IMG/VR virus record: IMGVR_UViG_3300035670_013228
Coordinates: 32,001-96,000 of that record
Source: a virus
Reading direction: 5' to 3' (one strand)
DNA length: 64,000 bases
Shown here: positions 51,137-63,000 of the stretch, piece by piece
How positions within the stretch are numbered: position 1 is the first letter of the stretch
How the letters are laid out: every line of letters begins with the position of its first letter
Program-made: the position numbers and the translations under genes
Notes under the pieces: model-generated
Database searches by the model: none
The model's input: only the letters and a program-made list of their open reading frames with translations
Told to the model about the DNA's origin: nothing

Positions 51137-52768
51137 GTGGACATGGGAACTAATATCATATATAATAATTTTGATTTTCAGGGTAGTGGACTATCTATTC
51201 CTACACTATCCATTAATAGTACATTTAATTTAACAGAAGGCGGATCACTAATTGGGGAAACTATTAATATATCTCTTAGAGGACAAATTAGAGATCCTTT
51301 TAATAGACCAATGAATGATAGTGGTAATTGGAGTAGTGGGCCCACTAATTGGGTCGGCATCTCGAATCTAGTTAGTGGTATGGAAAAAGCTTTTAGTGAA
51401 GATTATAAGAAGCTAGAAATTCTTTGCAATAGTAATCAATTATTTACTAATATACTTGATAAGGATATTGAAAAACAAACTAAAGTAAATAAAATAGAAT
51501 TCAGTAATAGAACAGACGAATACTTACTTCAAATATTAGATTATAGTATTGATTTACAAATTGAAAAATCCATAATAGGCGATGAGAGATATATAGACCT
51601 ATCAGGTATTTATGTTTCTAATATAGAAAATTCGTATACGATAAGATCATCGGACACTAGCGAATATATTCAAGATCCAACAACTACAGGATTTTTTCCC
51701 ACAGGTGTATCAAGAACACCATATACTATTACGCGCAAAATAAGTGCGGTTGGTAAAGCAACAGAAGCGGGAGCATTAAATAATGCTAAAAGTTGTGTTA
51801 CGGGATTAGTAGGTAAAGATATTGGCTTTTTTAATATATTATCTAATTTATCTATAACAGATAGATCTACTACAATAGAAGCAGATGATATTAATGGTTC
51901 TTACTCTATAACCGATACATTCAAGTCGTACAGCGGAACAACTGCTCCTACTTTTACAGAAATATTCACTGTTTCTAGCTCATTAGACGATAAATTTAAT
52001 AGAAATATTACTATAAATGGTACAATACAAGGCTTAAAGAATTTACCTACTAATAATAGCAATTTGTATTGGAATATCGACACTACATCAACAGCAGTTT
52101 TTTTTGATACAAATAATCATACTGGAAATATAGCATACTCCAATGCTTCTGGACAATTCAACACCTTTTTAGTAGATAATACTTTTTATCAAAGAGCTTT
52201 AACTTCAGTATTTTCTAGTGGTAATTTTTTACCACCACAAGGACCAATTTTTGAAAATTTTAATAATAGTCCTTCAAATAATCTTAACGGAAGAATATCC
52301 TGGATTAACCCAGATCCGATAAGTGTTAGTGTGGAACATAATAAAACAGAAGGTAGTATCACTTATACATTTGGATATGATTCTAGACCACTAAACCTAT
52401 TTACTAATTCTATTGAAGAACAAATTACCATTAGCGATAGCTATGGTATTAGAGAAAAAGTGGCTCAAACAGTTTTCAGACGGTTTCCGATAATACAGGA
52501 TATATCCACATATACCTTACCAACCAGAACAGTAAATTATACAGCAATATTACCTGTGAGTGGTTCTGCGGTTTCTCATATACCTACTACTATTCGAGAT
52601 AGTCTAAATAATATCATTGAAAAATTTAATCCAAATAAATTATTATCTCCGTCTCTTACTACAGTGAGCGTGGCTAGTTGGCGAACTTCGGATAAAGAAA
52701 CTCATGATCCGTTTTCTGGAACGTTTAAAAAAAGTGTAATATGGTCTTATGAAATACAATCTAGATAA
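51137..52768 (+). CDS. Putative distal tail / tail-tip protein, paralog 1 (start may be ATG 51143)
   Basis: Beta-rich and downstream of the TMP. Shares ordered motifs with the next gene (ITRKISAVG, GSYSITDTF, INGTIQGL, GSITYTFGYDSRP). Confidence 0.55.
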   Translation: MDMGTNIIYNNFDFQGSGLSIPTLSINSTFNLTEGGSLIGETINISLRGQIRDPFNRPMNDSGNWSSGPTNWVGISNLVSGMEKAFSEDYKKLEILCNSNQLFTNILDKDIEKQTKVNKIEFSNRTDEYLLQILDYSIDLQIEKSIIGDERYIDLSGIYVSNIENSYTIRSSDTSEYIQDPTTTGFFPTGVSRTPYTITRKISAVGKATEAGALNNAKSCVTGLVGKDIGFFNILSNLSITDRSTTIEADDINGSYSITDTFKSYSGTTAPTFTEIFTVSSSLDDKFNRNITINGTIQGLKNLPTNNSNLYWNIDTTSTAVFFDTNNHTGNIAYSNASGQFNTFLVDNTFYQRALTSVFSSGNFLPPQGPIFENFNNSPSNNLNGRISWINPDPISVSVEHNKTEGSITYTFGYDSRPLNLFTNSIEEQITISDSYGIREKVAQTVFRRFPIIQDISTYTLPTRTVNYTAILPVSGSAVSHIPTTIRDSLNNIIEKFNPNKLLSPSLTTVSVASWRTSDKETHDPFSGTFKKSVIWSYEIQSR

Positions 52769-52777
52769 TTATTTTAT

Positions 52778-54412
52778 ATGTCAGAAATAATAATTAAATA
52801 CGGCGATTTTGAATTCGATTCTAATAAGGGATATCCGTGCCCAAAAGTTTCATTCGATATATCAAAATCTCGGACATCTGCTGGCGATTTTTTAATGTCG
52901 GATAAAACCGTTACTTTGGAAGGAATATGTTATGTTAAAAGAAAAACAGACCATTATGATCCTTTAGAGTATAGTGAGACAAGCCCCAAGGTAGACTATT
53001 CGGTTGGTGGTCTTTTTGAGGCTGCTGATAGTCTAAAAACACAAATACTAGAAAATAATTATAAATCATTAACTGTGAGAGCTATCGGATCACAGCCATT
53101 AATATCTGGTAATTATGCTATTGTGGATAGTATTGTTTTTTCTGAAAATGAAAATAACTGGGCAGATTCTATTAATTATACAATAGTATTTACAGTACCA
53201 ACTTCTGGTAGCGGAAGTCATCTTATAACTAGAACAGAAGGATCTTTTGTTACATCTGTTACAGATAACTATACTTTAGAATCTTTGTATGATAATCAGT
53301 TTTGGGATAGAACATTTAATATTCCAATTCCTACATATAAAGTATCTCATACGATAGGAGCAGTTGGTAAAAATGTTGGATCGCCATCGGGGTCGTTGCA
53401 TTGGGCTAAAAAGTGGGTTCGTGATAGAGATAATTATTCTGGATTAATCGATATGTTTCCAGAAAGTCATTTTACGTTGTATAATCAGGAAAGATCCGTC
53501 GATGTTAGTGAGAGTAACGGATCTTATCAAATAACTGATACTTTTATAGCAAAGAGTGGAGAGGATCCTTGGATTGATACTTTTAAAGCTACTGTATCTT
53601 TAGATAGGCAATATAAAATATCTATAGAAATAGATGGTTCAGTACAGGGTTTAGAACCTGCTACTGGTGTATATGCTGGATTTGTAGATCATAGAACCAA
53701 TCCTCTTCATCCAAGCGGACAATATAGTATTAAAAATCCTGTTTCAGGATATAACCCAGAGGGATACAGTTCCAATAATGGGCTTAAAATTAATAATACT
53801 GCTATTGCTACAACTAAATATAGAAATGCTGTTAGTGGATGGAAAATAATAGAACCATTATTAATGGGTAGAGCTAGTGGATATTTGACACAAGCTATTA
53901 GTATGATTCCATTACGATTTAGAAATGGTATTAGCTCAATACCATTAAATAATATACCGATATCTACATCAGAACAACTATTTCCTTTTGATGGTAAAAT
54001 CACATATAATAGAAGATTCGACAATAGACCATCGCCACTAATTACTGGAACATTATCAGAAACATTATCGATAGAGGATACATTACCTGTGATCAGATAT
54101 CAAGAAACTAAGGTTATAGGCCGTAGACTAGGACCAGTAGTATATGGCTTTATTAATAGTTATAGTGTTGGTAGTAGAACATTAAATTACCAAGGCACAT
54201 TTCCTACGCCCACCGGTCTTGCTAAATATTCTTTTCCTAATACTATATTAAAAGATATTAATAGTAAAATTAGCGGCTACAAACCGGATCCTACAAAATT
54301 AGGCCTTCCTAATGTCGAGTATAATACATATATTAAATCAGAAAATCAAGATATAGATATTAATACAAATACTTTTACATATAATATAACTTGGGAGTAT
54401 TCGACATGTTAA
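52778..54412 (+). CDS. Putative distal tail / tail-tip protein, paralog 2
   Basis: Motifs VSHTIGAVG, GSYQITDTF, IDGSVQGL and GKITYNRRFDNRP match the previous gene. Nearly the same length (544 vs 543 aa). Confidence 0.55.
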   Translation: MSEIIIKYGDFEFDSNKGYPCPKVSFDISKSRTSAGDFLMSDKTVTLEGICYVKRKTDHYDPLEYSETSPKVDYSVGGLFEAADSLKTQILENNYKSLTVRAIGSQPLISGNYAIVDSIVFSENENNWADSINYTIVFTVPTSGSGSHLITRTEGSFVTSVTDNYTLESLYDNQFWDRTFNIPIPTYKVSHTIGAVGKNVGSPSGSLHWAKKWVRDRDNYSGLIDMFPESHFTLYNQERSVDVSESNGSYQITDTFIAKSGEDPWIDTFKATVSLDRQYKISIEIDGSVQGLEPATGVYAGFVDHRTNPLHPSGQYSIKNPVSGYNPEGYSSNNGLKINNTAIATTKYRNAVSGWKIIEPLLMGRASGYLTQAISMIPLRFRNGISSIPLNNIPISTSEQLFPFDGKITYNRRFDNRPSPLITGTLSETLSIEDTLPVIRYQETKVIGRRLGPVVYGFINSYSVGSRTLNYQGTFPTPTGLAKYSFPNTILKDINSKISGYKPDPTKLGLPNVEYNTYIKSENQDIDINTNTFTYNITWEYSTC

Positions 54413-54428
54413 TATATAAGGAAAAATT

Positions 54429-57400
54429 ATGAGTTGTCGAAGTAATGCTTATCAACTAGCCGGGCCGTTTAATCAAACATTATTTTTAGGATGTAGTGTT
54501 ACTAATATAGATATGAATATGGGTTGGGGAGCAGAAGTTTCGTCTTGTAGAGTAAATTTAATTAAAGATTTATATAGACATAATAATCATCCGGCTATAC
54601 AAAGCTATAAAGCTACTATTTATACTAGATCTAGTTCTACTAATCTTAATAGAGAAAATCCTAATGTTAATGAGACTAGGGATTTACCATTTCACCAAAC
54701 CATACTTCAGAAAGAAAAAGACAAATGGCAACAACTGAATAACGAGAATAATAATTTACCATCACCACTACAAGATACGGGCAAACACTACTGGAAAACA
54801 TACAGATCAAACATACCTAACCAGTATAATATCGCTAATCCTAGTTTAGGATTTTGGACCACAAGAGATCCTGGTTTTTTGGGAGATTATAGTAATAATG
54901 AAGCTGGAATTGATATAGATCTTATAGGATGTCCAGTATTTTTTAGGTTTATGGATATTTGGTTTGGAGGTATGATAAAAAAATGGGGATTTAATAGTGG
55001 AAAATATGATGTAGAAATCAATAGTTTTGCATCTTTGCTTGGTGGATGTCAACTGATTTTACAAAAATATTATGGTAGTATTAGCACCATGATAGGCAAC
55101 ACAAGTTCCGCATTAGGATTAACCGGACAAAACTTGGCCGTACCATATAATGACCTATATTATCCTTGCGGAAATAATCCGGGATGTACAGCTACTTGGC
55201 CACAATATAATGGATTATATAATGGATCAGTTTATCAAGGTAATATACCTAATATTTTTAATGTTTTTGGTTACTTAGAAAATAATATTAACGGTAGCAG
55301 TGGTTTTGTGGAGGGGCGAGGAGTTTCAGCGCGTAGCGTCTACTTTGCTCTAAAAGATATGTTAGAACCGAAAATTAATAGGGTACAGTTTGGAGAAAAT
55401 GTATTTAATCCGTATGGAGCTATAGTAGCTAGAACTCCATTTGATCGCGGAACACAAACTTTTATTAATCCTCATAATACGACATTTAATATGGACGGAG
55501 CATCGGCACTTCTTAGCGAAATGGGTTTATTATATGCTCCTACAGCTGTTGATGGCTTATCCAGATCGTTGCTTGCACTAGACATAAGCGAAGTACCCGC
55601 TCCGCCTCAAGGCGTATATATATCAGAAGATACAATGTCTATAATCTCTTTTATAGAATATTGTTGTACAAATGCTGGAAAAGATTTTATAATAGATTTT
55701 ATTCCTATGGAACTTCCGGACCGATTTAATCCCAGAACAGAATATTACACTGGAACTATAAAAATTCGTACCGTAACCAGAGATGTACAAGCAAAACCCA
55801 ACACCATCAGAAGTTTTATACTCGATAGCACCTTTCAGCAAAATGTTGTTAGTTATAATTTTGGAGAAGAGTATCAAGACGTAAAAACTAGATCAGTACT
55901 CATCGGCGGACCTCAAGAAAGATTACATCAGTTTACCACCAATACTGGCGGACCAATGGGATGGTACAGAATATATGAGCCATTGATAGATAGTTTTGTT
56001 CCCATAACCAGTTTTGCAAACAATTCGACACAACAAAATAGTTTATATAACACATACAAAATGCCTGATCATGCTAATCAAAGAGTAATACCGAATGGGG
56101 CTGAACCATGGAGACAACTTGGAGGAGCCGCTACTGCTCAAGAAAATAATAGTTTTTATACTTTAGAAACTAATGCTTATGGTAATAACATTGTTCAAGG
56201 ATCTTATCTGCCTCTTAAAAAACCCGCATTAAATAGTACATTTATTGGTCCTAGTAACAGTTATCCTATATATTTAGATATTATTTCTCCGTATTTTGGA
56301 AAAAGTAATAATGGTGAATATAGACGAGTTTATCTTGATAGAAAAACCGGTAACTTACAAATAATATTTGATTTTAGAGATATTCAACCATTTTTTCCCA
56401 CACAATACGACATAACTGACGGCAATTGGAGTGCTGCTGGACAAGTTGTTAGAAATCTTTTTCCGGGCATCGTTGTACAACCCGGTGGTCTGGCTGGAGA
56501 TGTAACAGGAGGGGCGGTAACTTCTGGTAAATTTGTTGTAGAAGAAGACGAGATTAGAGCAGCAATGAGCAATCCTGGTGATTGGTATTATCATTTGAAC
56601 GTTATGCTAAATGTTGGCAAACCTACTGCAACATCTAAAATATTATTTAATTACATAAGTAGAACAGTATCAGATTTGTTTGCAAAATCTTATTTTCAAA
56701 ATAGTTTAGATTTAAAAAATAAAGGAAACTACTTGCAATATGTTCAAACTGTGGAAAATTTTTATAGTGCTTTTAGGGAGCGATACATAGGTCTTAACGG
56801 GATAGTGCATGACATGGGATTAAATATGTTTGCCAGCGCTTTTGCTCTAACACATCCCGAACTCAACGATAGACAATTTCAACAAAGTATGGATAGTATT
56901 AATAACTTATTTGAAAATGTTAGACTATTTATTAGGAGCGTCGGCGAAGCACACTACGGAAAACATTTTGCTGTAAGATTACCACAATTAAGTAGATATA
57001 CTAATAATAGTAATGGAGATACTATTTATAACTATAGTATAGTAGCTGATGCCTGGGAAGAACCAGGAAATATGATTGATGATACTATGGATATTAGTAG
57101 TTTAGCGGCACAATCTTTGACATCTGATAACCGTAAAATGCCACCACTATTAGGTTTTGATAATGGTGCAGAATATGACTTTCCTCCAATAATGTTGGGT
57201 ACTCATAGACATTTAACAGACAATAATCTTATGCATAGTAGTTCATTAACTCCATTTGCTTTGTATAATAGAACAATAATAGGAATGAGTTTAAAAAATC
57301 CATTACAAACAATAGGTATTGGTCCGGCACTTGCTAATAGATATTATCATCCTTTAATTCATAATTTACCACAAGATAGTTATATTATGTTACCATATAC

Positions 57401-58427
57401 GGTTTTATACAGTGACATTGTGATACCAGGTGGTAGATTAACTTTTAGTCCGATTGTGCCAGGCACCACAGCGCATAATATGCCTAGAAATGCAAATAGT
57501 CATTTGTATAAAATATATGCTAAAGCTCAAATATTATCTGTTGAAGAAGGTACTGATAATCCACAAATTACTTTTTGTAGAGGTACTCCGCGGGCTGTTT
57601 TGGCATTACCCAGTCCTATGCTGGTACGATCTGGTCCGTACGATAACGGAATAACTACCGGAATAGCAGCTCTGGTTTTGGGTGATGAAGAACCGGATGA
57701 AGTTGATATTATAGCAGCACCAGATCTGAATCAATTTTTTCGGGCTGATTCGGTTTTGTTAAATCAGGGACCTTCGTTATTTCACGACGGAGAATATATC
57801 GGCATAACCGATACGCAGTTATCATCAAACACATTTCCTAGAGCAGCAAAACCTATTTTTGCGGCTATCCCTTTAAGAAATAATTTAGTAACATATGGTC
57901 CATGGGTATCTCACCCGGGACTAATAGCTAATACTATTTTTCCCGGTCAGGGTTCTACACAATTCGGTTTGGTAGCATTGGTTAATAATTTGGTCGGTGG
58001 AGTAGATGTAAAAATTGATCCTAGCTTGGTACCTTGGGAATATGGAGGAATGAATGCTTTAGATGCTGCTGCATTATCCTTGGTTGGTATTAATAATGGA
58101 TATCAACAAGTACTAGAAACAGGAGATATCACACTTGCTGGTATTATGTTAAAAAATTGGACTCTGGGTAGTTATCTAAATGATGTTTTAGGCCCTATTG
58201 TTAGTAGTATAAAAATAACTATAGGAGATAATGGTATAACAACACAGTATAGTTTAAGAACTTTTAGTAGAAAAATTGGTTTTTACAATAAAGAACAAGC
58301 AGATAATATTAAAAATATAAATCAAGCGATGCTATTGCAAAATCGTAGATTTTCTGAATCAATCAAAAATATGCAAACAAGACTTATTCAGTTTGCGTCG
58401 AAGCCTATGGGAACAAGACCGTACTAA
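54429..58427 (+). CDS. Putative baseplate hub / Tal-like tail tip protein
   Basis: N-terminus FLGCSVTNIDMNMGWGAEVSSCRVNL, internal SYNFGEEYQDVKTRSVLIGG, and C-terminus VSSIKITIGDNGITTQYSLRTF, the typical hub layout. Follows the Dit-like genes. Confidence 0.6.
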   Translation: MSCRSNAYQLAGPFNQTLFLGCSVTNIDMNMGWGAEVSSCRVNLIKDLYRHNNHPAIQSYKATIYTRSSSTNLNRENPNVNETRDLPFHQTILQKEKDKWQQLNNENNNLPSPLQDTGKHYWKTYRSNIPNQYNIANPSLGFWTTRDPGFLGDYSNNEAGIDIDLIGCPVFFRFMDIWFGGMIKKWGFNSGKYDVEINSFASLLGGCQLILQKYYGSISTMIGNTSSALGLTGQNLAVPYNDLYYPCGNNPGCTATWPQYNGLYNGSVYQGNIPNIFNVFGYLENNINGSSGFVEGRGVSARSVYFALKDMLEPKINRVQFGENVFNPYGAIVARTPFDRGTQTFINPHNTTFNMDGASALLSEMGLLYAPTAVDGLSRSLLALDISEVPAPPQGVYISEDTMSIISFIEYCCTNAGKDFIIDFIPMELPDRFNPRTEYYTGTIKIRTVTRDVQAKPNTIRSFILDSTFQQNVVSYNFGEEYQDVKTRSVLIGGPQERLHQFTTNTGGPMGWYRIYEPLIDSFVPITSFANNSTQQNSLYNTYKMPDHANQRVIPNGAEPWRQLGGAATAQENNSFYTLETNAYGNNIVQGSYLPLKKPALNSTFIGPSNSYPIYLDIISPYFGKSNNGEYRRVYLDRKTGNLQIIFDFRDIQPFFPTQYDITDGNWSAAGQVVRNLFPGIVVQPGGLAGDVTGGAVTSGKFVVEEDEIRAAMSNPGDWYYHLNVMLNVGKPTATSKILFNYISRTVSDLFAKSYFQNSLDLKNKGNYLQYVQTVENFYSAFRERYIGLNGIVHDMGLNMFASAFALTHPELNDRQFQQSMDSINNLFENVRLFIRSVGEAHYGKHFAVRLPQLSRYTNNSNGDTIYNYSIVADAWEEPGNMIDDTMDISSLAAQSLTSDNRKMPPLLGFDNGAEYDFPPIMLGTHRHLTDNNLMHSSSLTPFALYNRTIIGMSLKNPLQTIGIGPALANRYYHPLIHNLPQDSYIMLPYTVLYSDIVIPGGRLTFSPIVPGTTAHNMPRNANSHLYKIYAKAQILSVEEGTDNPQITFCRGTPRAVLALPSPMLVRSGPYDNGITTGIAALVLGDEEPDEVDIIAAPDLNQFFRADSVLLNQGPSLFHDGEYIGITDTQLSSNTFPRAAKPIFAAIPLRNNLVTYGPWVSHPGLIANTIFPGQGSTQFGLVALVNNLVGGVDVKIDPSLVPWEYGGMNALDAAALSLVGINNGYQQVLETGDITLAGIMLKNWTLGSYLNDVLGPIVSSIKITIGDNGITTQYSLRTFSRKIGFYNKEQADNIKNINQAMLLQNRRFSESIKNMQTRLIQFASKPMGTRPY

Positions 58428-58447
58428 ATTCAAGGAAAACTTATATT

Positions 58448-60049
58448 ATGATAAATTTTGTATTAGTTGGTAATAATGCCAATATCACACCGGCCTCTAA
58501 TCCTATTGTGGATATTAGGAATATTCCGGAAAATATCAAACTTCCGGATAGTATGATCAGACCGAATACTAATGGACCACATTTACTAAACGGAGTTAGA
58601 ACAATTTCTCATGTATCTGTTTTACCAGATAGTAGCTTAACACCGCTATTTCATGGATCAACATATAATAAAGTTTCTATAATGAGTTTAGATGGCATTT
58701 TTTCTCCTGTATCTTTTTATCCAACACCATATAACACAACCTATAGTATGATTCCGTATTCTAGAAGTAAATGTCCTTATTGTAATGGTACCGAAAGATA
58801 TACTACTTTTATAACTGATTTTTCAGCTTTGCCACAAATGGATAATCCTAATAAAGATACTTTTATTAATTTTAAGAATGCTTGGTTAAATAGCATATTT
58901 CCCGGAAGAACCTTAAATAATAGAGAATGTAAGTTTTGTGTTCCAGATACAGACAAAGCTATAAAAAGAAATAAAAGTGCTACTCCTTCGGAAACTATGC
59001 CACCATACCTTATAGGAAGTGGAAATGATTTAGAAATTATAGATAATAGATCTAATTTATTTGCTGGTACTAATAATGTTATTAATAAATTCACTTTAAA
59101 TCCTTTGATTATGTCAAATGGAGAATTTGCCAACTCTGGATCCAAACAAATAGACGATAATTGTACACATAATGTTAATATTGTCGGATTTGGTATGGGC
59201 GTTCCTAACGAAAAAGGTTCCATATGTAGTACTCATTCATTAGAAATGAATAAGAATTTTTCTGAAAATGATATAGACTATGCAGATGGTTTAAGACAAA
59301 GTAATCAAAGATTTTTTGGCTTAAGGGGTCCAATAATAGTTCATGGTTGGGGATACGACAGAGAAGGTTATCCGGTACCAAATTCTTCAGGAGAATTTAA
59401 ATATAATAACGAAGGAGAGATTGTTAGAGATGCTGATAATAATCCAGTTTTTAAAAATCAGCAGCTACAAGAGAATGGAGAATATTCTGCTCCATATAAA
59501 GAAAAAACATTTTACAAAGGATGGGCTTCATTGCCGAATACATGGCCAGTTGGTCCGATAGATTTAAGATGGGACGAAGATGCTGAAGTTTGGACAATAG
59601 GAGCAATGTATAAGCCAGTATGGATTACTATCGAACATGATCTAGTAGATGAAAATCCTGTTAGAGGTGTTATAGAAGATGGCATGACAGACTCTACACC
59701 ATTACCTAATGGTCTGAGAAAAGTGGTCTTTGTTAAAGACTCCTCTTTGTTATTCAAGTCTCCAAGAGAAGCTGCTTTATATTGTAAATACAATCCGGAT
59801 AATGGATTTTATGAACCAATTTATAATCGTCCGTTTGTTACTACTGGAAGAATAACAAATAGTCAACAGGCATTAATAGACAAAGCATATACTGTTAAAG
59901 CAGCTAGAAATTCTTCTGCTGGAATTACAACGGTGGAAAGCTATGTGACCCTATACGATAATCCTTTAGGATTTTCTGTTCGTAGTAATATCGTAGGAAT
60001 CTTTAATTTTATGAATGGTAAGTGGACTCTAACAAGTATAAATGATTAA
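58448..60049 (+). CDS. Putative tail tip / spike-associated protein
   Basis: Follows the hub gene. Contains CPYC...CKFC and the motifs GLRGPIIVHGWGYD and WPVGPIDLRWDE. Function inferred from synteny only. Confidence 0.45.
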   Translation: MINFVLVGNNANITPASNPIVDIRNIPENIKLPDSMIRPNTNGPHLLNGVRTISHVSVLPDSSLTPLFHGSTYNKVSIMSLDGIFSPVSFYPTPYNTTYSMIPYSRSKCPYCNGTERYTTFITDFSALPQMDNPNKDTFINFKNAWLNSIFPGRTLNNRECKFCVPDTDKAIKRNKSATPSETMPPYLIGSGNDLEIIDNRSNLFAGTNNVINKFTLNPLIMSNGEFANSGSKQIDDNCTHNVNIVGFGMGVPNEKGSICSTHSLEMNKNFSENDIDYADGLRQSNQRFFGLRGPIIVHGWGYDREGYPVPNSSGEFKYNNEGEIVRDADNNPVFKNQQLQENGEYSAPYKEKTFYKGWASLPNTWPVGPIDLRWDEDAEVWTIGAMYKPVWITIEHDLVDENPVRGVIEDGMTDSTPLPNGLRKVVFVKDSSLLFKSPREAALYCKYNPDNGFYEPIYNRPFVTTGRITNSQQALIDKAYTVKAARNSSAGITTVESYVTLYDNPLGFSVRSNIVGIFNFMNGKWTLTSIND

Positions 60050-60051
60050 AA

Positions 60052-63000
60052 ATGGGATGCGGAATATATACAAAAAGTTTTATAGATGATATTAATATTA
60101 ATACAGCTTCTATTAATATAGATGCACTTAGATTAATTACATCTTTTCAATTATATAGTGATAATATTTCGGGTTTATGGCAACCTATTGTGATAGAGGA
60201 ATCACAATCATCTGCTATATATTGCGAACCCCTAATACAAGTTAAAAAAGATTTTAACAATGCTCTTAATCCATGTAATTGTAGTAACAATCAGATTAGA
60301 GATTTGACAAATAATTATTATGACATTTATAATGAAACAGATTTTAATTGTAATTATTGCTGCAATCCGTGTACAGGAATTTTGGATAATGATCCGGAAG
60401 ATCCAGAAAATGAGCCACTAACAACCTCTTGTGATGTTCAGTTTCATTCGGATGATTTTTTAGCAAAAGTTCCTGTTCTTAATCAGTCTTATATTTCTGG
60501 TTTTTATGATTGGAAACACCTTAAACAATTTCCAGCATGTAATAATCCTGGTTTAGGAATAGAACAATTTATTAGTTTTAGCGGCTTTGCTATAGATTGG
60601 AAGCTAAAAGAGACAATATCCGAAATTCCATATGATTCTACAACATCCTATCACATCAATGAGTATACACACAATAAGTCGTATGAAAAATCTGAATTAT
60701 TAAGTAGTACATGTGGTAACTTTATATTATTGTCTTTAGATCCTGAATATAATAATTATAGAGTACAATACTCTGGTATGTTTGGTGCTCTAGGAACATC
60801 CGCTATTATACCCACAGTCGAAAGTTTTACAAAACCATATGGTTTTTCTGAAAATAATTACAAAAATATTTTCTTAAATAGACAAAAAAGAGCTTCTCAT
60901 TGGAAATGGCAATATACTAGTGGTATTATGGGTTGGTACAGATATTTTGATATAGGCAGAGTAAATGATCAAAGGCCGATTCCCGGAGTAGATTTTTATA
61001 TTAGTCCCGGCGATGTTTTTTTTGCTAAGAATGAAGGGCCAGAACCAGCTAATACAAATTTTGATTTCGATGAACCGCCCGGCCCATCCCATCCTAGCGA
61101 GGGAGAATTACCAAAGTGTCCATCAGGACTTAAAGTAGTTGACGGTACAACATTTTTAGGAATTATTCCACCGAGTTCTAATTTTATTTATATATCTCAA
61201 AATTTATATGAAAGATTTTATAATCTATATTCTACATATACTGAGATAGGTTTAAATCATAATAAAGCCTTCAACTTATCCGCATTAATGTGTACATCTC
61301 CACTATACGATGGTATAACAACAAATTTATTAGATAAAGAAGCAAGAAATTTATATTCTGAATTTAATGATTTTGAACAAATAGATCTATTAAATAAAAA
61401 TATGTTAAGAGGCACAAAATATGATTCTGCTAATAATTTAAATTATATTTCTAATAGAGAAGAATTGGTAAAAACTTTATATGCTAAATATGGAGGATAC
61501 GAATGGATTCCTCCTAGATCAACCGTAATAAAAAATTTACCTATTGATAATAGAAGTAATTCTGTATATATAGATTTAGATTTTGATATGGTAATGGATA
61601 TAGATAAAGTTAAATTTAGAAATATTAACTCTAAACCGTATCGTGTATGCGAATCGTCTCCTATGGATGACGAGAGAATTAGTAAAAAGTTTTACTATGA
61701 TCAACATCTAGAATTTGGAAATTTAAACGTAAAAACAAGTGTTGATACCAATTTAAGATTTAGTAATCCATGTGACCCAGAAAATTCTAGTTATTCAATT
61801 TATGGGAACATAGTATATAATGATGTGGTTTTAAAAAGTAAGCCAATATTTAGTGGAGTAACTAGTTTTACTAACAAATATACTAATAATACATTTAACA
61901 GATCATATAAGGCGATAGCTTTTAATCCACATTTAGACTTATTGGCAACTCATCCTAATGGAGGAATATATTTTAATGCTGGCTCTTTTGGCGAAAATGA
62001 AACAGTAGTATTCAATACAAATATTACATCAGCTAGATCGAATGGAATTTCTATTACTTTTACTACCAAAGATGTGGGTATAAAATTATATAAAGTATAT
62101 GCTGCAAAATTACAGTCGGATACACCAGGAACAGAATCTTGTTTAAGATTTCCGGCAGACGAATCTAAATGTAAATGTTATGGATTAAATATTAGTCATT
62201 ATAATAATCATCCCATAAGTTGTGATACATCTCGTATTAGATTAAGTTCTTCTCCATTTTTTGTACCAGGATTATCTACTAAATATAGTCCAAGACTTAA
62301 AAGATATGGTGGATATTCTATTGAAGAAGTTATAAGATTATTTGGTATCGGTGCTTTGTATGCTGATGGTACTCCACAAGAAAATTCACAGTTTTTGCCA
62401 ATTATAGATAAAAAATTAGATCCAGAATATCCTTATGAGTGTGAACAATCGGCCACAATAAAACTTACTAATTACTCTACTACAAATTATTATACTACGC
62501 TGAAAAATTTTAGCACAAGATATAGTGACATCTATATTTCTATTTATGAACCATCAGACTTATTAGGACAACAATGGATATATGTACAAACCGATGGTGA
62601 TCAAGATGTGTTTGTGGAGAATACATCTTGGAAAAGATTTTTAAATAAGGTCACGGCCAATAATGTTACAGTTTATGATCAGCAAGAAAAAATCTTATTT
62701 CAAAAAGGCTCTAATATAACAGATCCTTTACTTATTAGTATTACCAATCCTTTTATTAATGCTCTATTAGGAAATTCTAATGAAAGATTGTCTATTCCCA
62801 CAGTGATAACTGATTCTATAACAAACCAAGTTTTAGCTTTTTCAGATCCTTGTGATCCTTTCAGAGGATATATTCCTCCAGAAACAACTATTAGAACAGG
62901 AAGAAACAGAGGAGATGAGATATCAGAAACATATATCACTATTAAACAAAAGCCCAGAAAACAATTTTTAGCATATAGAGTGTACAATATACCGGCCAGT

